From assembly GCA_963830915.1 (NCBI GenBank), contig CAWHOE010000056.1, forward strand, positions 1 through 10,783: 10,783 bases of DNA, written 5' to 3'. Below the pieces are notes generated by a model. It made no database searches. It was not told where the DNA came from and saw only the letters and a list, made by a program, of their open reading frames with translations. The translations under genes and the position numbers were made by a program. Shown in pieces: positions 7,027-10,783 of this stretch. The stretch's first letter is position 1. The number at the start of each line of letters is the position of its first letter. The stretch is from a candidate division FCPU426 bacterium. GTDB lineage: Bacteria; Oederibacteriota; Muellerivitia; Muellerivitales; Muellerivitaceae.

Positions 7027-9030
7027 ATGCAAAAAACATCCTCTTTTTTAAAAACGAATGTCTCCTATCATCCGGCCTATTTCTTTCCCTTGTTACTGGT
7101 TGCCAACACACTGCTGTCCTACTTTGACCTTTCCCTCGCGGCAAAGCTTGAAGTGTTTTTATTCGGTTTGGTCCTGCCGTTTTTTCTCGCTCTGGCTAGT
7201 AATGTAAAAAATAGAGCGCCGGTGGGGGAGTGGAATTACCGGGATGAAAGCTCCTGGCCGTCTTTCTCACCTTGGCTTTTCGGAACGGTACTGCTGTTTG
7301 GCTGTCTCCTTCGTTTGTACAGGTTAACGAGCCTTTCCACCTGGCCCTACGGGGATGAAGGCACTTACGCCTATGGGGCCATGGAACTTTCTGAGAAAGG
7401 GACCTGGCATTTTCTTTATACCGTGGGACAGCATCCGCCTTTCTTCAGTTGGACTTTGGCGTTTTTTTTCAAGTTGTTCCAACCATCCCTTGTGTCCCTT
7501 TGGTTGGCCCCAGCCTTTTGCTCCGTCCTCGTCCTCCTATTCACTTATGGGGTATGCCGCGCGTATTTCTCGAAACCATTCACCCTCATCTGTCTGATCC
7601 TGATGGCCGCTGGTTTCTGGCCTCTTTACGACGGTCGGATCGCCAATAACGAAACCTTCGCTTTGTTTTGGGAATCTCTAACGCTTTGGATGCTGGTCTT
7701 GTGGGTCAAAAAACAAAATTCCCCCCGGGCCTGGTGGTATACCCTGGTCTTGGGGATTTTCGTTGGACTTGGTTTTTACTCGTTCGTCGTCTGGGTGGAA
7801 ATGGCGTTGGCTTTTACCTTGGCAGTAGTCTTGCTGAAGGAAACCCGAACCGAAAAAATTCTATGGGCTTACTTCACGCCCCTCCTGGTTTTGATCCTGA
7901 TATTCCTTCCCCTCTATTATGACGGTTCCCACCTGGCCGCCATCCGTTCGGCGTATCGGGAAACGGGTTGGATACAACCGACCCTGAACATGGTCGAAAA
8001 TTTTCGAGCTGTTTTTTGGGGTTCGCCCTTATACCGTTTGGTGAGTTATGCCCCGGATTGGGGAGGATTACTCAACCCGATCCTGGACTCGTTCTTCCTT
8101 CTGGGAGTTCTCTGGTGTCTGAGGAACAGGAAATCCCCGTTCGTGAAGTGGATTGGGCTGTGCCTAGCCCTGACTCTAGTGCCGGGGTTGGCTACCCGGG
8201 GGGTGGAAACTTTCCGTATCATTTACGCACTCCCATTTCTCTATCTAGTTTCAGCTTTCGGTATCTCCGAATTGAATTCGGCGCTCAAAACACCGAATCG
8301 GAAGATCGTTTGGCTGGTTTTGGTCCTCAGTGTTTTGCTGGATGTCTACCATCTCAACTGGGTTTACCACGCCACCTGGGGCGTGCCAGGGCCGCAATGG
8401 TCGAACTTGAAATCCGTCCCCGAGTGCGAGGCTTGCCAAATACTTCAGACCCAGTACGGACAAGAAGGACCGGGGATGGTGTTATCGGACCTTCGCCCCA
8501 TCCAATTCGATCAAACCTTGATGGTCGGGGCTTACGGCTTTGACGCCGCGCATAATCCCAAGGTGCCATTCGAAAAAGTCAAATGGGCGGCCGTTATCGT
8601 GAGCGATGATTACAAACCCTTTTTAAACAAACGATTCCCGGGAATGGCTTGGTATGGGTTAGGCAAGGAATTCGCCTGGGACCCGATGGATTGGGCCCTG
8701 GGGGTCATCCCTGTCACGGACGGAAACAAGGAGATCATGGGCCGATGGCTCAAAGGCCATGAAGTATTCAAGACCTTCACCCGCGAGTGGATGGACCGGA
8801 CCATGGGAAGTCCGGAAAAACCTTTGTACGACCAGTTCCTCCGGTCCCATGAGGGGGTGACGGGCGACCCGTTCTTGGAATCCTGTTTTTGGGAGAAAAT
8901 GATGTTCTTTCATTGGGCGGTCCAGAGAGACCGCCAAAAAACCCTGGAAGACATCGGCCAATATCTAAAATATGGTTATCCCTCGCCCCGCATCCTCAAG
9001 TTGAGGAAGGGCATTTTGGAGGGCGCATAG
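7027..9030 (+). CDS. GT-C fold membrane glycosyltransferase (glycosyltransferase family 39 / ArnT / PMT_2-like)
   Basis: 667 aa with many TM helices. It carries LLRLYRL...WPYGDEGTY (DE acidic dyad in the first large external loop) and a downstream HPP motif, both typical of ArnT/PMT-like enzymes. About 200 aa of soluble C-terminal domain follow. Confidence 0.85.
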   Translation: MQKTSSFLKTNVSYHPAYFFPLLLVANTLLSYFDLSLAAKLEVFLFGLVLPFFLALASNVKNRAPVGEWNYRDESSWPSFSPWLFGTVLLFGCLLRLYRLTSLSTWPYGDEGTYAYGAMELSEKGTWHFLYTVGQHPPFFSWTLAFFFKLFQPSLVSLWLAPAFCSVLVLLFTYGVCRAYFSKPFTLICLILMAAGFWPLYDGRIANNETFALFWESLTLWMLVLWVKKQNSPRAWWYTLVLGIFVGLGFYSFVVWVEMALAFTLAVVLLKETRTEKILWAYFTPLLVLILIFLPLYYDGSHLAAIRSAYRETGWIQPTLNMVENFRAVFWGSPLYRLVSYAPDWGGLLNPILDSFFLLGVLWCLRNRKSPFVKWIGLCLALTLVPGLATRGVETFRIIYALPFLYLVSAFGISELNSALKTPNRKIVWLVLVLSVLLDVYHLNWVYHATWGVPGPQWSNLKSVPECEACQILQTQYGQEGPGMVLSDLRPIQFDQTLMVGAYGFDAAHNPKVPFEKVKWAAVIVSDDYKPFLNKRFPGMAWYGLGKEFAWDPMDWALGVIPVTDGNKEIMGRWLKGHEVFKTFTREWMDRTMGSPEKPLYDQFLRSHEGVTGDPFLESCFWEKMMFFHWAVQRDRQKTLEDIGQYLKYGYPSPRILKLRKGILEGA

Positions 9031-9103
9031 GCTTATGTTTGTTTTTTAATTCCAGTCTTCTCCGGTTAAAATACAACTCCGTACCAACCCCCATCGGAGA
9101 CCC

Positions 9104-10783
9104 ATGGATACCACCATCGACAAGCGTTTGGAATGGCTGATACCGTTCCTTCTTTTCCTGGGGACCTTTCTTTTCCTTCTCTTAGGGGTCAACCCCTCCT
9201 TTTTCCTGGATGACAGCCCCGAGACCATCACCGCTGCGATCATGATGGGGATCCCCCATCCCCCAGGCTATCCCTTGCATACTTTGACGGCCCATTTCTT
9301 CACCATGATGCCTTTGGGCCATCCAGGGTTCAGGGTCAATCTTTTCTCGGCGGTCCTGGCCTCCCTGGTCTCCATGGTGTTGTATCTTTACCTTTCTCGA
9401 GGTTTGGAGGTTTCCAGACGACTGTCCCTGCTTTTCGCTTTGTTCTGGGTGGTGGGAGCCGGGAACTATCCGGCGGCTTTGAGCGCCAAGACAGGCATCT
9501 ACCATCTGACGGCGTTATTCCTGGTCGTCATCCTTTGGGCTTTGAAGGCGGGACGGATCCAATTGGCGGTCTTCCTTTGGGGCCTTTCCTTGGCCAACCA
9601 TTGGATGAGCATGGTGGTTTTCGCGCCAGGACTCCTGTGGGCCGGTTGGGAAACGCATAAGGACAAGGAGTGGGGCGGGCGGGAAACGGTATTGGCCCTA
9701 ACGGGCGTGGTACTGGGTCTGTCGGTCTATCTCTATCTCCCTTTTCGGTCCATCCAAATGCCTCTGCTGAACTGGGGGGAGCCCAGCAACTGGACCAACT
9801 TCTTGTTCAATTTCAGCCGGACCCAATATCAGGGTTCGGAAATTTCAGGCAGTGTCCTGACCTGGCTAAAACAATTCGTCCTTCTCCTGAAGGCCCAGTT
9901 CATCGAGTTCTCGGGGTTGATCCTTCTGGCCCTGTGGGGGTTCGTCAAGATCGCGCGCAGGAAAAAAGGCCTGGCCCTGGGAATGGGCGCGGCCTGGGTG
10001 TCCCTCCTTGCGGCGCTGAGTGTCTACCTGAACCTACCCAAAGAGCAGTATTACCTGATCCCCCAATATGCCCTGAGCGCCAACCTTTTCATCCTGATCT
10101 TCGCGGCTTGGGGATTGGAATGGGCCCTGGCTGAACGAAGCCCTGAAAAACGAGGGACCAGCGAATGGTGGGTCATCGCCCTGTTGATACTGGGGTTATT
10201 GGGGATGGGGTCTTACCGGTTCCTGAAGGACCGCCAGACCACTTACACGCTGGATTACGATTACGTCCTGAATGGGTACCGATCCCTCCCGGAAAAAGCC
10301 CTCTATTATTGCAAAGGGGACAGCATTATTTTCCCTTCCTGGTATTTCCAATGGGTGGAGGACAAGCGGTTGGATGTGGCGGTCGTGGGGGTGGATGGCC
10401 TACCTATGGTCTGGGTGAGGCGGGTCCTGGCCGGACTTCATCCCGGGTTGAAAGTGCCATTCAGCAAAAAAGCCATGGGAGTGGAATCCATCCCGGCCAT
10501 GCTGGCCTGGATGATCCAGCAGAATCCGGATCGGGAACTCTACTTCAGTTACAACAAGATCACGGATAACAGCCTTCCGGCCGGCACCCAACTGGTGCCC
10601 TATGGTATCGCCCATAAAGGATTCATGCCCAATCAAGTGCCCGTCATCGATGACGCGAGGGCGGAATACTGCTGGTGGCTGATGCGGTTGAGGCATTTGA
10701 AGGACCCCGGGATCGCGTTGGACGAGAGGTCCCTGGATTTCATCTACAAGGATTACGGGGTCAACCGCAATAGCCTGGGTGTT
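9104..10783 (+). CDS. 3'-truncated DUF2723 domain membrane protein (TMEM260-like putative protein O-mannosyltransferase)
   Basis: Not in the ORF track because there is no stop in the window (560 codons to the edge). ATG 9104 follows GGAG. Translation: MDTTIDKRLEWLIPFLLFLGTFLFLLLGVNPSFFLDDSPETITAAIMMGIPHPPGYPLHTL...FRVNLFSA...ANHW...YLYLPFRS...LNWGEP...SLPEKALYYCKGDSIIFPSWYFQWVEDKRLDV, matching the DUF2723 hallmark motifs (DSxE, HPPGYP, RxNxxSA, YLYLPxR, NWGxP, GDxxxF, RxDV). Confidence 0.92.
   Translation, partial: MDTTIDKRLEWLIPFLLFLGTFLFLLLGVNPSFFLDDSPETITAAIMMGIPHPPGYPLHTLTAHFFTMMPLGHPGFRVNLFSAVLASLVSMVLYLYLSRGLEVSRRLSLLFALFWVVGAGNYPAALSAKTGIYHLTALFLVVILWALKAGRIQLAVFLWGLSLANHWMSMVVFAPGLLWAGWETHKDKEWGGRETVLALTGVVLGLSVYLYLPFRSIQMPLLNWGEPSNWTNFLFNFSRTQYQGSEISGSVLTWLKQFVLLLKAQFIEFSGLILLALWGFVKIARRKKGLALGMGAAWVSLLAALSVYLNLPKEQYYLIPQYALSANLFILIFAAWGLEWALAERSPEKRGTSEWWVIALLILGLLGMGSYRFLKDRQTTYTLDYDYVLNGYRSLPEKALYYCKGDSIIFPSWYFQWVEDKRLDVAVVGVDGLPMVWVRRVLAGLHPGLKVPFSKKAMGVESIPAMLAWMIQQNPDRELYFSYNKITDNSLPAGTQLVPYGIAHKGFMPNQVPVIDDARAEYCWWLMRLRHLKDPGIALDERSLDFIYKDYGVNRNSLGV

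Noticed and set aside
6858..7127. 89-aa ORF spanning the palindrome region
   Set aside because: It overlaps the start of the GT gene in another frame, has no RBS and has atypical composition; the sequence is better explained by the inverted repeats.
9670..10696. ORF-track calls 9670-10134, 10165-10569 and 10400-10696
   Set aside because: All lie inside the DUF2723 gene (9104 to window end), which the track missed because it has no stop codon in the window.

Overview
A bacterial chromosomal segment of moderately high GC, dominated by membrane proteins that look like GT-C-fold glycosyltransferases. In order: (1) 3' part of a polytopic GT39/ArnT-like protein ending in one TPR; (2) a convergent minus-strand membrane protein of about 596 aa split by a single +1 frameshift near 2556-2558; (3) a bifunctional phosphoglucose/phosphomannose isomerase; (4) a DEAD-box RNA helicase with a ~270-nt upstream region and a ~260-aa disordered, internally repeated tail; (5) an AT-rich ~350-bp intergenic region with six different perfect palindromes, each with a single-nucleotide centre; (6) a complete GT39-like paralog of gene 1; (7) a DUF2723/TMEM260-like gene that runs off the end of the window and is missing from the ORF track. 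The palindrome cluster at 6691-6939 is the most unusual unexplained structure. I recognised no rRNA, tRNA, CRISPR array or transposase. All family assignments come from motifs read by eye, not from database searches.
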